Shown one piece after another: positions 12,545 to 27,059 of a stretch of DNA of 64,000 nucleotides. The first letter of the stretch is position 1; each line of letters starts with the position of its first letter. Both the position numbers and the translations under genes were made by a program. This DNA comes from Mobula birostris (taxonomy: Eukaryota): positions 167,584,031 to 167,648,030 of the forward strand of contig NC_092371.1 of assembly GCF_030028105.1 (NCBI RefSeq), given 5' to 3'. Below the pieces are notes generated by a model, which worked only from the letters and a program-made list of their open reading frames with translations, was not told where the DNA came from and ran no database searches.

Positions 12545-15206
12545 AGGATTTATTGAACGGATACTGACTACAAAATAGGAAGAAGGAACTGAATAAATCA
12601 CATCAGATTGGCAAAGTGATATTTCACAAGGATCAAATCTGTAACATGGAAGCACAAGTTCAATAAGTTTCCAAATCACTCTAATTGGATAGTGGAGCAG
12701 AACAAAATAACTTCAGGATGACATCAATAAATTTGAAGTATAGATGTCTAATTTGTTTACTAAATTTTAACATCTACAAGTACAAAGTGGTACATTTTAT
12801 CAAGAATAAAAGCAGTCACACACTTCTTGAAAAATGTGTTGAATAAGGAAAAAAAAAGAAAAACAGATCAGGGAGTACAGATCTTATCAGAGATAGCATG
12901 TTAGGTTACCAACTGAAGGCCCATTGCCTGCGAGCCCGAGAGCCCGAGAGCCACTGGAGGCTGGGGGCCCAGAAGTTTGACTGTGTATGTGAGTGGGTGG
13001 GAGGAAAGAAAGAAGCTTGTTTTGCTCTTGCTCTTTATTTACTTGTTGTATTCTATTTTGTCATGTTCTGTGTTGTTCTGCCAAGTATTGTGGGCATGCT
13101 GTGTTGTTGCTGGAATGTGTGACAACACTTGCGGGCTATCCGCAGCACATCCTTGGTTTTGTATTGGTTGTTAACACAAATGATGCATTTCATTCGATGT
13201 ACATGTGAATCGGAAGCTGAATGCTCTTTCTCTTCAAGAAGTCATGGGCAAAAATTTCTTGGAGTCAGTTGGAACATTCCATTTTCTCCCCCAAAGAAAT
13301 GTTGAAAACATTCTCAAATTATTTCTTTTTATATCAGGCAGACAAAAACTAGGAATAAAATGTCTCTTTGGTAGTCTAGTTTTGGGTGTACAAACAACAT
13401 GGTCTGCCCAGCATAATGAGTCTCAGTGTTGGAACGCTAGTCTGGGTCAAGATAAAGACATTCATTTGCTTCTGCTGCCAGTGGATTTGGGAGAATTTTG
13501 CAGCAACAAGAATCGGTGGTACCTTTCCTGTGCTAAGTTATGCACTAGTCAGTTTGGATAGAGAATTTTTGATCTTAAATACTACATCTGTTTCTCTGGA
13601 AAATGCTGGAAGTGCACAGCAGGTAAGATAGAGAAACAATGCAAGAAACATTGTCTTACTCTGTCTTATATTTTAAAAAATATTTTCAGTTATTCGACAT
13701 TTAGCAGATTACAGTCACTTTTTGTGCCAGTAAAGGTGGCTATGGCCACGTGAGAGTTCTATGAAATTATGAGAGGCACAAATAGGATAGGTAGCCAGGG
13801 TCTGTTTCACGTGGCAGAGAAGGCTAAAGTTATGTTCAAGGTCAGAGGGAGGAGGTTTGGTGTGTATCTGGAATGAGGTGCTAGAGGAAAACCATTTAGG
13901 AGGCATCTGGACAGATACTTGAGCATGCAGGGTACAGAGGCACATGGAATTAATGCAGGCAAGTGGTATTAGTATAGATGGGTATGATGGTTGGCATTGA
14001 CATGGTGGCTGTAGGGCTTGTATCTGTATCATACAACTCTATGATGACAATAAATGCAAGAGATTCTGCAGATACTGGAAATTTTAATTTTAATTATTTA
14101 TTTAGTGATACAGCATGGAATCTGCCTTTGGCCCGCACCACTCAGCTACTCCCAACAACCCCAGTTTCACTCTAACCTAATCATGGGTCAATTTACAATG
14201 ACCGATTATCTACCTGATACATCTTTGGACTGTGGAAAGAAGCCAGAGCACCCAGAGGAAACCCTCGTGGTCCTGCCGAGAACATACAAGCTCTTTACAG
14301 GTGGCACTGGAATTGAACTCTGATGCCCTGAGCTTTAATAACATCAAGCAAACTACTACGCTACTGTTGCTGTAAAGTACCACTCGTCAGCAATTGTGCA
14401 AGTTTGATTGATTTCTCAAACCTTGATTTCAACTTCTAACTCTTTCTGTTACCTAAGAAACTACAGCTTTGCTGATTCACATTTTACTCAGTAACTCAAG
14501 TGGGAAAGCAAGAGGACAGGATAGTGACAGCACTGACAGGTGTGACTGAGAGATCAATGTTCCAGATAACCAAATATGCTCAAATCAGACTACAGACCAG
14601 ACTTTCCAGACTACAAATGCAACTGAACCACTAATTTTCATATAAAGTACTTCCAGTGATAAATCACTGTCTTCTGATGACATTCTCCCAAGCAGTTAAA
14701 GACTGATATTGTACCAGCCTCTCAATATAAAAAGACTTCCATGACCTAATACCATTTTAGTTTACTAGGACAATCATAATTGCTTAACTACAAGTGATTA
14801 AAATAGTGACCTCAAAAATATAGCTAGGTTTTGAAGCCACAGCTTGAATAGTTGAACAATCCGCACCACTTAGGATTATTCTATAAATTGGTTAAATTTG
14901 TCAACCAAAGGAGGCAATATGGACTTTAATATGTCTTCTGCAGGTTACATACAGGTAAGGCGAGACAACACAGAGCATTTTTAGTGAACCCTGGCAAACT
15001 TCCGCATTTCACAATTAAAGATACAGTGGAGGATAAAGAACATTTACAGTACTTGAGTATCTTAATCCAATACTAATGCTTACAATCTCTCGCACTATAT
15101 TTTAACTGGACACCAGTATTGGGGTTAGTGGAGTGAAGAAGAGAATTTTAAATCAGGAAACAAAAGTTGGAACCAAAATTTTCATTGTTACCCATGAGTT
15201 ACATAC

Positions 15207-15317
15207 CTTTACTTTGACAAGCCTTTTTGCTGTCTTGATCTTGGCTTCACAGAATGCCCCTCTGTATTTAGCACTCACATCAGTACCAACTGTTAGATAG
15301 GGAGGTTCATCGATTGC
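15207..15317 (-). CDS. ARID4B: ARID4B coding exon (111 bp, start of the N-terminal Tudor region)
   Basis: [37 protein letters not shown]; DEPPY and KTAKR are ARID4B-type residues (ARID4A has DEPAY and KTVKR); acceptor TTTTACAG| and donor AAG|GTATGT, phase 0/0. Confidence 0.95.
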
Positions 15318-15831
15318 CTGTAAAAGGAAACAAAAGCATATTTTCACTACCTTTGGTCTGGTTAGCTTTCAGTAAACAGAACTATTACATCCACATACTG
15401 CACAAGAGCACTTCCTGCTTGCAATGTGTTGAGAACATAATCTGAGGCTGCTGGGGATGGCAGACTGCCAGCAGTTCCACCGTAACTTGGGAGTGCCTGC
15501 TTCCCATTCATCTTGACAGAGCACTGAAAGAACTGAAAGTATTCAAGTCCTAGTTCCTGTAGGTGAAAGTGCAAAACACTTTACGCTGCAACACGATTAC
15601 ACATTGGAACACAAAACAAGTACAAACTTCAGCAGCAGAAGTCGTAGCAGTAACAATCAAAACAACTCATTACCTTGCGCAGCTGTCGCAGTCAGCTTTT
15701 AAATCAGGCTTTGCACATTGATTGTTTGTTAGTCTTTATTTATGTATACTTATTCATCGATTCTATTGCATTTCTCTACTTTCTGCAAATGCCTGCTAGA
15801 AAATGAATTTCAAGGTAGTAATGGTGACATA

Positions 15832-16369
15832 CACTCAGTGGCCACTTTATTAGGTATAGGAGTGGAACCTTGTCAGTTCTTCTGCTGCCGTAGCCCATCC
15901 ACTTCAAGGTTCAACATGTGCGTTCAGAGGTGCTCTTCTGCACACCACTGTTCTAAGGCATGATTATTTGAGTTACTGTAGCCTTCCTGTCAGCTTGAAC
16001 CAGTTTGGCCATTCTCCTCTGACCACTCTCATTAACAAGCCGTTTTTGACAAAAGAGCTGCCACAACCTGGATTTTTTTTTTGCTTTTTGCACCATTCTC
16101 TGTAAACTCATGTGTGAAGATCCCAGGAGATCAGCAGTTTCTGAGATAGGTACTCAAACCACCCTGTCTGGCACCAACAATCATTCTTCAGACAAAGTCA
16201 CTTCAATCACATTTCTTTCCTATTCTGATGTTTGATTTGAACAACAACTGACCCTCTTGACCTTGTCTGCATGCTTTTATGCATCGAGTTGCTGCCACGT
16301 GGTTGGCTGATTAGAGATTTGCATTAACAAGTAGGTTTACAGATGAACTTAATAAAGTGGCCACTGGGC
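15832..16369. mobile_element. Tc1/mariner-type MITE (also ~35350-35824, split copy 44626-51857, fragments ~18336 and ~19190)
   Basis: TA-CACTCAGTGGCCACTTTATTAGG ... TTAATAAAGTGGCCACTG TIRs; inserted in a LINE tail. Confidence 0.8.
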
Positions 16370-19300
16370 TATTTTATTATGTTGATAATAAATTTACTCA
16401 ATTTTTTACTTTACAATAATTCTTAGCAATAAGTTTTTTTGAAAAGATGGCAATGTCTCAGTTTTCCTGCTGGTCTTCAGTGAAAATTTTTGCTCCCAAG
16501 TTCTTCTACCTGTGATTTGCCAGTTAGGTAGTATTCATGAAGAGGTAAACCATTGAAGGTATTGCACTTTTGTCATGAACTGCAGGAACTCCAGATACCA
16601 TCTGAACTTTTCCAGATGGGTACATTTTCAATCTTCTAAACATAACAGCCTTTCTTACAATGTATAGGCCTGTTTTACTTTTGGTTCAGTTCTTGTGTTG
16701 AGGTAAGTATTCAGTATAGGTATTGCTGATGCCACAAGTCATTCAGATTCAAAGAATGGGACATGGGCAAGGTAAACATCTAGACGACTATCTGAAAATT
16801 TCACGTTGGCTGTTTTAATCACTGCTTTATCTCTATTTCTAGTTTTGTCTCGAATTGGGCATCTGGGGCAGGCAAACCCAGGCAAAGTAACTGGCTATGC
16901 AGCAACAACGTTTTGTACCACCCACTGCTAAGTCCCAGATCTCTTGACTTTCAAAGGTGCCAAATTCAGCAGCCAGTCTTCCAAGCTTTTCTATACCTGC
17001 AACTCCAAAAGCACCTTGGATTCTTGCAAGGGCAGTAATATAATAAAATTAATGATGAGGTATCACATTTTGTCCTGCTTTTCTACCCCACTGATTTGAA
17101 ACATTTAAATTCACACTAATTTAAACCCAAACATTTTCAGTCAAGCACGCCAGTTTACTCAACCCATCAGTGAACTATCCACAAGATCACCTTGAGACAG
17201 CTCCTGACAATGCAAAAGTACAGCACATTTTAATTTCTTTATAAAAGAGGCACAAGGATATTCTTTGGAAATTATAAATTTAAGACAATTCTACTTCTGA
17301 TCTCCATATATTAGTACCCTCAACTTAAGCTAGTTAAACAGCTAACCCCTAAAATGTGAGTGATCCCATGGTACTCATTTGAAGAGTAGGGCAAATTGTC
17401 CTGGTGTCCAAGGCAATTCTCAGGCTGAAATCAGAAGTGCCAAGATCGACCTTCTAGTTATTTATCTCATTGGTGGCTGCAGAACATCCTACAATAGTGA
17501 CTGCAGAGTAAAAAAAGCATTTGGTGACAGAAAAGTACTTTAAGACTTCCAGAGACTGTAAGTGAAGCTGCTGAAATACACGATCGTCACTTTGTCTGAG
17601 GAATGCATTTCTCCTGTTTGGATGTGGTTTAAACAATCACTGGCTGTCATAAACAACCTAATGTCATTTAATTGTATGAATTTCAGAAAGATAATCATGC
17701 CATTGAGTGATCCCATTTGCTTTTCTGTGGAAACAACTTCATCTGTACAATTTACTTGTGTAACATAGGAATACAGCAATTTCACCAGATTCACAATTAT
17801 AACAACTCCTCGTCACACTATGTATAGTTTTAACACCAAATCTTAATAAGATTCAACTTTTAAATGAATTTTAAATGCCCCTAAAAATACATCTGAGGAA
17901 AAACTTGTGTATTGTTAATTTGTAAATCATTGCCAATTGAAATTCAGTTTTTAAAATCACCTTAAACATTCAATGCTTGCAAGTACTGGGTTACTGCATT
18001 TTCATACAGCGAGTTGTTTACTGTGCTATATACTTCACATGTATTTTGAATTATGTAAACTTGAACAAAAGTAGACAATTATCCAATTAATATATCGAAA
18101 AATTGGAATAATAAAATGTTAATATAGTGCACTGTATTACATGTGCTCAGAGCCATTTGGGAGGTGGGCATTGTTACAGAATGGGAAATGGAGTGCCAAA
18201 TTTAAGTACACATAGTGAAGAAGCCATTTGCCTTTGAGATGAACATTTTCATAGATATGTTAGCCAGCATCCCAAACTGAATTCACTACTTCCTGTCTCA
18301 GGGTAGAAAATATCGTCACAGAACATTAAAATGCATTCAGTGGCCCTTTATTGGTAGACGCTCTTCTGCACACCACTGCTGTTACATGTAGTTATTTGAT
18401 TTACTGTCCCCTTCCTGTCAGCTTGAATCAGCTCAGCACTGAGGCTGGTACTCTTCAGCCTGGTGGCATGGGACCCAACACACCTGCACCACCCACCCAA
18501 TGGTAGCAGCTAGAAAAGAGTGAAATGGGGCAAACCCAGGCAGATGGGACAGGCTCAGGTGGGGATCTTGGTTGACATGGAGAAGTGAGCTGAACACCGG
18601 TTCATCCTCCACCCTCAGCTTCTACGGCTTAACCTTTAATCTGGCTCGGCGCTTGAATTGACGAATTGATGTGTGTTGGTTGAATTTCCAGCACCTGCAG
18701 AATTCCTGTTGTTTGCGAAACATAGTTTCATTTTTTTTGCTCTCATGCCAGGACAGCTGTGGCTGCCGCAGCTTTGGTCATACCTGAATCTTGAGAGTCC
18801 AGTTCAGCAAATCCTTCCGAATACGCCGAAATGGACACTCATCAATACAGGTATTCTAATAGGTACATCGATGGAAGGAGTATGGAGGACTATGGCCCAG
18901 GTGCAGGTCGATGGGACGAAGGAGACCAATGGTTTGGCACAGAATAGATGGGCCAAAGGCCCTGTTTCTGTACTGTAGTGTTCTATGACTTCATGATACC
19001 ACAAAAAACACCAAATTGCTCAACCAGTTCAAAGGCACATCTCCCAAAGGGGAATTACTGGCTTCAGATTGCAGCAATTGAAGTCCAGAATAAATCTAAT
19101 CAGTAGAATAGTCAGTAGTTTTGTTAGCTGCCACAAAACAACACCATATATCACCAGCACCATCTTGAACATGCAGATGTATAGGTGTAATGAATAAAGT
19201 AGCCACTGAGTGCAGAAGTCCACCTTCACTATCCCACTCAGCTCCATTTAAAGAGGATATTGGTTAAAACTCATGCAGAATATTTTAATCATTATGCTGA

Positions 19301-21502
19301 AGAAAGGGAAACAACACTTGTGCCAGAAATGTGCTGACTCTGTATCTGACAGGCAAGTCAGGCAATTAGGTAGGATTTTGAAGAACTATAGTTGGAAATA
19401 TTTCATACACCAAATCAAACTGGAATGTGGGTCACAGCTTGCTTCCTGTAAAGCAACTTTAAAACTTGTTTTTTTTTATTGCTGTAATTTGCATTGTCGA
19501 TAATAAACTATGTCATGGATGTGGAATGATCACGGCATTTGATCATGATGAACCTTCAGCATGGGGGAACTATGTCCCATGCACCAGTGATACTGGGTCA
19601 TGCCATCTAATTTTTTGATTCTTCTTCCCTACTTTATGACCAGAATTCTCTGTTTGGACTTGAGGATAGAGGGAGGAAAAAGGGGGAAGCACTCTTCCAT
19701 TTCAACTTATTAATGTGAAAAATTCTTCAATATTCCTCTTTTGTTAACATTCATTATTTGCTAAGTACAAAATCATCACTATTAGTCATTCAATAATGCT
19801 AACTAGATATTTATTAGTACCATCAAAACATTTAAAAACCTTTATTTTAATTTAAATCTAATTTGAACACACTTTAAATGGAATTTATTTTTTAGCTCAA
19901 TACTGCACCATGTATGAAAATAGCATTTAACATCAGCCAGAAATACCTGCAAATAGAAAAGCCAAGGAGCTCTTTAGTCTCCATACTTGCACTACCAGCT
20001 GAGGAAAAACAGAATCCTTTTTTGCTCACTTTTTTTCCTTACTACCTCTCAATGTGAACTGTGTCCAGGGTGGACATTACAATTCTTGTATAGTATTATG
20101 GCTTATAGAATGAAACACCTCCCCCCACCCCCCAACCATATCAATTCTCTTCATTTAGTATGAGGTAGAGTGAATCTATCAAGCAAGTGAAAATAAACTA
20201 CAGTTCACTTACTCCCAATATCATGGGGATTGTCCATGACAGGATATCTGTGCGGGAGAGTTTTTAAAGTGGGAAAGCCGTTGCACAGGGGCAGTTCCAC
20301 TCGCTCGATCTGAGAGATCTGGTTCTGGGGTCTACCTTGGTTGCAGTGGATGACCATGCTGCCTTCTATGCCTTGTCATGCCCTTTGCTCTCCACGGAAC
20401 ATTGCAATACCACCTTCTTTACATGTAGTATTAAGCACAAAGCCAGCAGTCTAAGCAAGATGCATACACCAGAAGTCAAATTTAAGTCCACACTTTGTAC
20501 AGGTTCTGCACTAATATAATGGGAAGCACATACTCTTCTTTCTGCCAATACATCCCAAGCCTTGTGTCAGTTGATAACATAATACAGACAACTCCAGATT
20601 CTCAAGGTACCAAATTACTGCCTCCATTTACTACAAGTAAAGCAAACAGCTCAAGCACACACAAATAAAAGCCCCTTTGTCAGCAAATAAACCAAATCCT
20701 TCCCAAAATGTCTATCGTTCCTTCTTCTTCATAGATACTGCCTGACAGGCTGAGTTTACTTATTTTTATTTGGAGATGCAGCACAGTCACAGGTGATTAG
20801 ACACTGCCTAATTACACCCATATGACCAATTAACCTGCTAACTTGTACATCTTTCAAACTTGGGAGGAAATCGGAGTACCCAGAAAAAATCCAAGCAGTC
20901 ACGAGAAGAATGTACAATCTCCTTAAAGTCAGAGACAGGAATCGAACCCGGGTCACTGGCGTAACTGCTATATGACCATTCCAGCAGCATTTTGTGTCAG
21001 CTACTCAAGATTTCCAGCATATGATTTGCTCTCTTAAGATTCAAATTTTCAATAGGATTGGTTTGCTGCCCATGTTTATTTTTAATATATAATTTCTAGA
21101 ATTGAGATTTGTGTATGATTCCAATTATATGACCTTACAAGCTGATCAGGGCAAGTCTACAGATTCAGCTCAAATACACAATTTACAATCCCACTGCATC
21201 TTCCATAGTCTCATCTAACCTTCATACAGTGTTCCAAACAGTAGTTATCATTCCAATATAGGAAACTTGGCAGCCAATTTGTGCACAAAATGATCCCTCA
21301 CAGCAATTTAATAATGTCCAGATTATTCATTTTTGTGATGCCAACTGAGAAGATGATTTTAGTCAGGATATAGCAAAAACTGTCTCAAAATAATACTATC
21401 AATTTTTTTCACATTCCCTAACAGAGCAGATGTAAAAATATCTGCCCATATGGGTGGGTGCAAGTTCTTGCATCTTCACTGTTGTCCTTGTAGTGAAGGC
21501 AA

Positions 21503-22120
21503 CTCCCAAAACACTGCGCCTTCAATATACTGTGTTCAGTGCTCCCGGTGTGGCCTTCTGTATATTGATAGGACCCAACGTAGATTGGGAGACCACTTTG
21601 CCAAGCACCTATGCTCCATCCACCAGAGAAAGCAGGATCTCCCAGTGGCCACGCATTTTATTTCCACTTCCCATTCTCATATGTCCATCCAAGGCCTCCT
21701 CCACTGTTGCGATGAGGCCACATAGGTTGGAGGAACAACACCTTATATTCTGTTTGGGTAACCTCCAACCTGATGGCATGAACATCGATTTCTCAAACTT
21801 CTGGTAGCGCCCCACCCCCTTTACCATTTCCTATCCCCTTTTCCCTCTCTCACCTTATCTCCTTGCCTACCCATCACCTTCCTCTGGTGCTCCTTCCCCC
21901 TTTTCTTTCTTCCATGGCCTTCTGTCTCTTTCAGCAATCAACTTCCCAGTTCTTTACTTCATCCTTCCCCCTCCAGGTTTCAACTATCACCTTGTGTTCC
22001 TCTCTTCCCTCCCACCACCTTTTAAATCTACTCTCTCGCTTTTGCTTTCCAGTCCTGCTGAGTTCCTCCAGCATTTTGTGTGTTGCACAGATTTGCAGCA
22101 TCTGCAGATTTTCAGTTGTT
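21503..22120 (+). mobile_element. Penelope-like element, GIY-YIG endonuclease remnant
   Basis: IYCVQCSRCGLLYIDRTQRRLGDHFAKH..LPVATHF, then EEQHLIFCLGNLQPDGMNIDFS, a pyrimidine tract and the pseudo-LTR repeat. Confidence 0.85.
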
Positions 22121-22659
22121 TGCGCCTTCAGTGGTGTACGCTTTATACAACTGAGTCTTGCGTTAATACAATATAAATGTGCAGCAAATTTCTATCATTT
22201 GGAGATTGAATAAAAACAACCAGTGTAGATGAATTTTCTAAAGCAATGTAAAAGGGATTTCAAGAGCAATGTAACAACAGTTTGAAGTAACATATAATAA
22301 AAACTGAGTCTTTTACAACAAAAAAAACTACATGTGTATGCTACACAGCAAAACCAGCATTCAAATACACAGAGCTCCGCAATCCTGCCATACCTGGCCT
22401 AAGTGGTAATTAAACAGCTAACAGGATGAGGAGATTCTAAGGACATCCTCATTCTCAATGATGAAGGGACCTATAGCTAGGCTGAAGTACTGTGCATTCA
22501 GCCAAAAGTTCCATGTGAATAACCCATCATATTTTCCCCCTGAGATCTCCACCATTATGTAAGCCAGCCTTCAGCCAATTTGAGTCACTCCTAATAGAAT
22601 TTAAAAAAAGGCTGAGATCACGGTTTACTGCAAAGGTTATGGAACCCAACAATAAAATA

Positions 22660-23156
22660 GTGGATACAGCCCAGTCCATCATAGGCAGAGCCGTCCCCAC
22701 CACCGAGCACATCTACAAGGAGTGCTGCCACAAGAAAGCAGCATCCATCATTAAGGACCCCCTCCATCCAGACCACGCTGTCTTTTCACTGCTATAATTA
22801 GGAAGGAGGTACACAAGCCTTGCGTCCAACAACAGGTTCAGGAAAATTATAACCTTCAACTGTCTGGCTTCTGAAACTTCACTCACCCTAACTCTGAACT
22901 GACTCCACAACCGAGAGACTCATGCCCATGGCTTCTACAACTGATGCTCTCTACATGATGCATTTATTATTGTTTTTTTTGCATTTGCTCAGTGTGTTCT
23001 TTTGCACATTGGTTGTTTGTCAGTCTTTATGTGTAGTTTTTCACTGATTCCATTGTATTTCTTTGTTCTAATGTGAATGCCTGCAAGAGCATGAATCTCA
23101 AGATAGTATGTGGTGACATATATGTACTTGGATGATAAATTTACTTTGAACTTTGA
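22660..23156 (+). mobile_element. Rex1-type LINE 3' end inserted in an older degraded LINE (~22380-23870)
   Basis: VDTAQSIIG..KAASIIKDPLHP..GRRY; tail GATAAATTTACTTTGAACTTTGA. Confidence 0.7.
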
Positions 23157-23923
23157 ATACACCAGCTTAATTCCCAAAGATCTGTGCTCCAGAACTAGCC
23201 ATGCCTCAAGTCAAACTCTTCTATGATAGATACAATAATGAATGTTGCAAAGTACAAACAAAAAAAAAAGTATCCAAATTGTCTAACTGGGCATCAAAGT
23301 GAAAACGTTCCACAGGTCACACAAAGAGTTGTGTGGTTTCTAGAAATGGATTCTAACTCTGGATCTTACTGGATTTCCCCAGGGTAGTGACTAAGGCTTG
23401 CTTACTTCATTAGCAACCTTCCTTTAAGCAACAGGTAAGAAAGAAAAATTGCAGTGTTAAATTCCATTGGCAACTCCTCAGTAAATGAAGCTGCCCATGC
23501 TTGCATGTACCAACACTTTGACATGCAGCAGGGGTTAATGGTGACCAGCAACCTCTGTGGCACCAACCGAAGTGCAACATAAAGGCCATCTCCAACAAGC
23601 ATGTGTAATCTCCCTCAACTCTAATGGTATTGACATCAGAATTCCCCATATTCACATCTAAGGGAATGCCAAAAATGGAATTGTATCAGGAACACCCATA
23701 TAAATACTGTGGCTACAAGAGCACATCAGACACTCTGTATTGAATGGTGAGCAGGTTCTCCCTAATTTTTCCTATCAACCCTTCAACGCACAAGTCATCA
23801 TGGAAAGCTTTCCATTTCTACAAATGAGTGGAGATCCAACAAAACTCAAAAAGCTACCAAGGATAGAACTAACTACAGAAGTTAGTTTGTGTGTTAGGTG
23901 ATAAGTCGAACCGCCTTAACCTT

Positions 23924-25276
23924 ATAGCCATAGTCATAGCCATACTTTATTGATCCCGGGGGAAATTAGTTTTCGTTACAGTTGCACCATAAATAATATA
24001 GTAATAGAACCATAAATAGTTAAATAGTAATATGTAAATTATGCCAGTAAATTATGAAATAAGTCCAGGACCAGCCTATCGGTTCAGGGTGTCTGACCCT
24101 CCAAGGGAGGAGTTGTAAAGTTTGATGGCCACAGGCAGGAATGACTTCCTATGACGCTCTGTGTTGCATCTCGGTGGAATGAGTCTCTGGCTGAATGTAC
24201 TCCTGTGCCCACCCAGTACATTATGTAGTGGATGGGAGACATTGTCCAAGATGGCATGCAACTTGGACAGCATCCTCTTTTCAGACACCACTGTGAGAGA
24301 GTCCAGATCCATCCCCACAACATCACTGGCCTTACGAATAAGTTTGTTGATTCTGTTGGTGTCTGCTACCCTCAGCCCGCTGCCCCAGCACACAACAGCA
24401 AACATGATAGCACTGGCCACCACAGACTCGTAGAACATCCTCAGCATCGTCCGGCAGATGTTAAAGGACCTCAGTCTCCTCAGGAAATAGAGACGGCTCT
24501 GACCCTTCTTGTAGACAGCCTCAGTGTTCTTTGACCAGTCCAGTTTATTGTCAATTCGTATCCCCAGGTATTTGTAATCCTCCACCATGTCCACACTGAC
24601 CCCTTGGATGGAAACAGGGGTCACCGGTACCTTAGCTGTCCTCAGGTCTACCACCAGCTCCTTAGCCTTTTTCACATTAAGCTGCAGATAATTCTGCTCA
24701 CACCATGTGACAAAGTTTCCTACCGTAGCCCTGTACTCAACCTCATCTCCCTTGCTGATGCATCCAACTGTGGCAGTTATCCGAAAACTTCTGAAGATGA
24801 CAAGACTCTGTGCAGTAGTTGAAGTCCGAGGTGTAAATGGTGAAGAGAAAGGGAGACAAGACAGTCCCCTGTGGAGCCCCAGTGCTGCTGATCACTCTGT
24901 CGGACACACAGTGTTGCAAGCACACGTACTATGGTCTGCCAGTCAGGTAATCAAGAATCCATGACACCAGGGGAGCATCCACCTGCATCGCTGTCAGCTT
25001 CTCCCCCAGCACAGCAGGGTGGATGATGTTGAACGCACTGGAGAAGTCAAAAAACATGACCCTCACAGCGCTCGCTGGCTTGTCCAGGTGGGCGTAGACA
25101 CAGTTCAGCAGGTAGACGATGGCAACCTCAACTCCTAGTTGGGGCTGGTAGGCGAACTGGAGGGGATCTAAGTGTGGCCTGACCATAGGCCGGAGTAGCT
25201 CCAGAACAAGTCTCTCCAGGGTCTTCATGATGTGGGAGGTCAATGCCACCGGTCTGTAGTCATTGAGGCCGCTGGC
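23924..25276 (-). mobile_element. Young 5'-truncated Rex1/Babar LINE (RT domain, frameshifted)
   Basis: LNDYRPVALTSHIMKTLERL, FFDFSSAFN, GAPQGTVLSPFLF, YKYLGIRIDNKLDW; tail AATAAAG(TATGGC/TATGAC)n. Confidence 0.9.
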
Positions 25277-25459
25277 GAGCCCTCCTAGCAATTGCATCTG
25301 TGAGCTGGACCCAGGACAGGTCATCCATATATTTAAAGATTAGCTTTATTTGTCACATGTACTGTATATCGAAACAAAGTGAAACACGTCGTTTGCATCA
25401 AATCAACAAGCATCGGACTAGGTGGCCCACAAGTGTTACCATGCTTCTGCTGTCAACAT

Positions 25460-26268
25460 AGAATAGAAATGTAGAAACGAAACATGGAAACATAGAAAAT
25501 AGGTGCAGAAGTAGGTCATTCGGCCCTTCGAGCCTGCACTGCCATTCATGGTACGGTCATGGCTGATCATCCAGCTCAGAACCCTATACTTGCCTTCTCT
25601 CCATACCCCCGATCCCTTTAGTCACAAGGACCATATCTAACTCCCTCTTAAATATAGCCAATGAACTGGCCTCAACTGTTTCCTGTGGCAGAGAATTCCA
25701 CAGATTCGCCACTCTCTGTGTGAAGAAGTTTTTCCTCATCTCGGTCCTAAAAGGCTTCCCCTTTATCCTCAAACTGTGACCCCTCGTTCTGGACTTCCCC
25801 AACATCGGGAACAATCTTCCTGCATCTAGCCTGTCCAATCCCTTTAGGATTTTATACGTTTCAGTAAGATCCACCCCCTCAATCTTCTAAATTCCAACAA
25901 GTATAAGCCCAGTCAATCCAGTCATTCATCATATGAAAGTCCTGCCATCCCAGGAATCAATCTGGTGAACCTTCTTTGTACCCTCTCTATGGCAAGAATA
26001 TCTTTCCTCAGATTAAGGGACCAAAACTGCACACAATACTCCAGGTGTGGTCTCACCAAGGCCTTGTACAACTGCAATAGTACCTCCCTGCTCCTGTACT
26101 CGAATCCTCTTGCTATGAATGCCAGCATACCACTCACCTTTTTCACTGTCTGCTGTACCTGCATGCCCACTTTCAATGACTGGTATACAATGACACCCAG
26201 GTCTCGTTGCACCTCCCCTTCTCCTAATCGGCCACCATTCAGATAATAATCAGTTTTCCTGTTTGCCC
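25460..26268 (-). mobile_element. CR1 LINE 3' fragment inserted in a SINE
   Basis: QRDLGV..LYKALVRPHLEYCVQFW..RTRGHSLRIKG..FFTQRVANLWNSLP; (TTTCTATG)n-type tail. Confidence 0.9.
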
Positions 26269-27059
26269 ACAACTTACCAACCTGTACGTCTTCAGAATGT
26301 GGGAGGAAAACGAAGCACCTGGAGGAAACCCAGTATGTGCAAACCCGGAATGTACAAACTCCTTACAAATAGCACCGGCAATTGAACCCTGATGGCTGGC
26401 CCTGTAAAGCATTACGCCAGCCACTACACTGGCACATGTTAACGAACAGGGATGTAAAGCTGCTCTCTCCACAGCCAGTCCCCCAATGTAGACTGCAGCA
26501 GTTTATCTTGCTTCCCCTTTCTGAAGTCAACAATCAGCTCATTAGTTTTATTGGTGCTGAGCAAGAGGTGGCTGATGCAGCACCACTAAACCAGTTTAAA
26601 ACTTTCAGGGACTTGCCTGACAACAGTATTGGAGTATTGTCCACAGAAAGGCTGCAGCAGGGCAAGGTGCTCACCACAACCTGCTCATGGGCAATAAGTG
26701 CTACCTTCCCATGCAACACACAGATCCTAAACATTGACTAGGTTTAAAAAAATCTCCCCTTAAACTATAATTTGTTCTGTTTTAGCCAGTTTCACCTTTT
26801 CGTGTATCTCTCACACACACATACACACACACCACCTAGAAGCTGGGGTCTTTAGGGAGCTATAATATTTTCCAACAAAACCTTTTCAAACACACATACA
26901 TGAAAAATTACTATAAAAGTTAAGAAAATTGACTTCTCCAACTTCTGGAAATCTTTCTTCCTCCCCTCCTTTCTTTTCCCATTCCCCATTCTGGCTCCTC
27001 CTTTACTCCTTCACTTCTCACCTGGCCATCACCTCCCTTTGGATTTCCAGCAACGGCTA

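Noticed and set aside
1-15206. Next ARID4B exon (VTFRHDSSTVEVQDDHIKGPLK-like)
   Set aside because: Not recognised on the minus strand; probably lies beyond the window start
15399-15556. Possible extra ARID4B exon upstream of the Tudor exon (good acceptor, GTATGT donor)
   Set aside because: 158 nt shifts the frame, has no in-frame ATG and no ARID4 homology; no supporting evidence
24076-24675. 199-aa ORF as an intact gene
   Set aside because: C-terminal part of a frameshifted, 5'-truncated Rex1 reverse transcriptase
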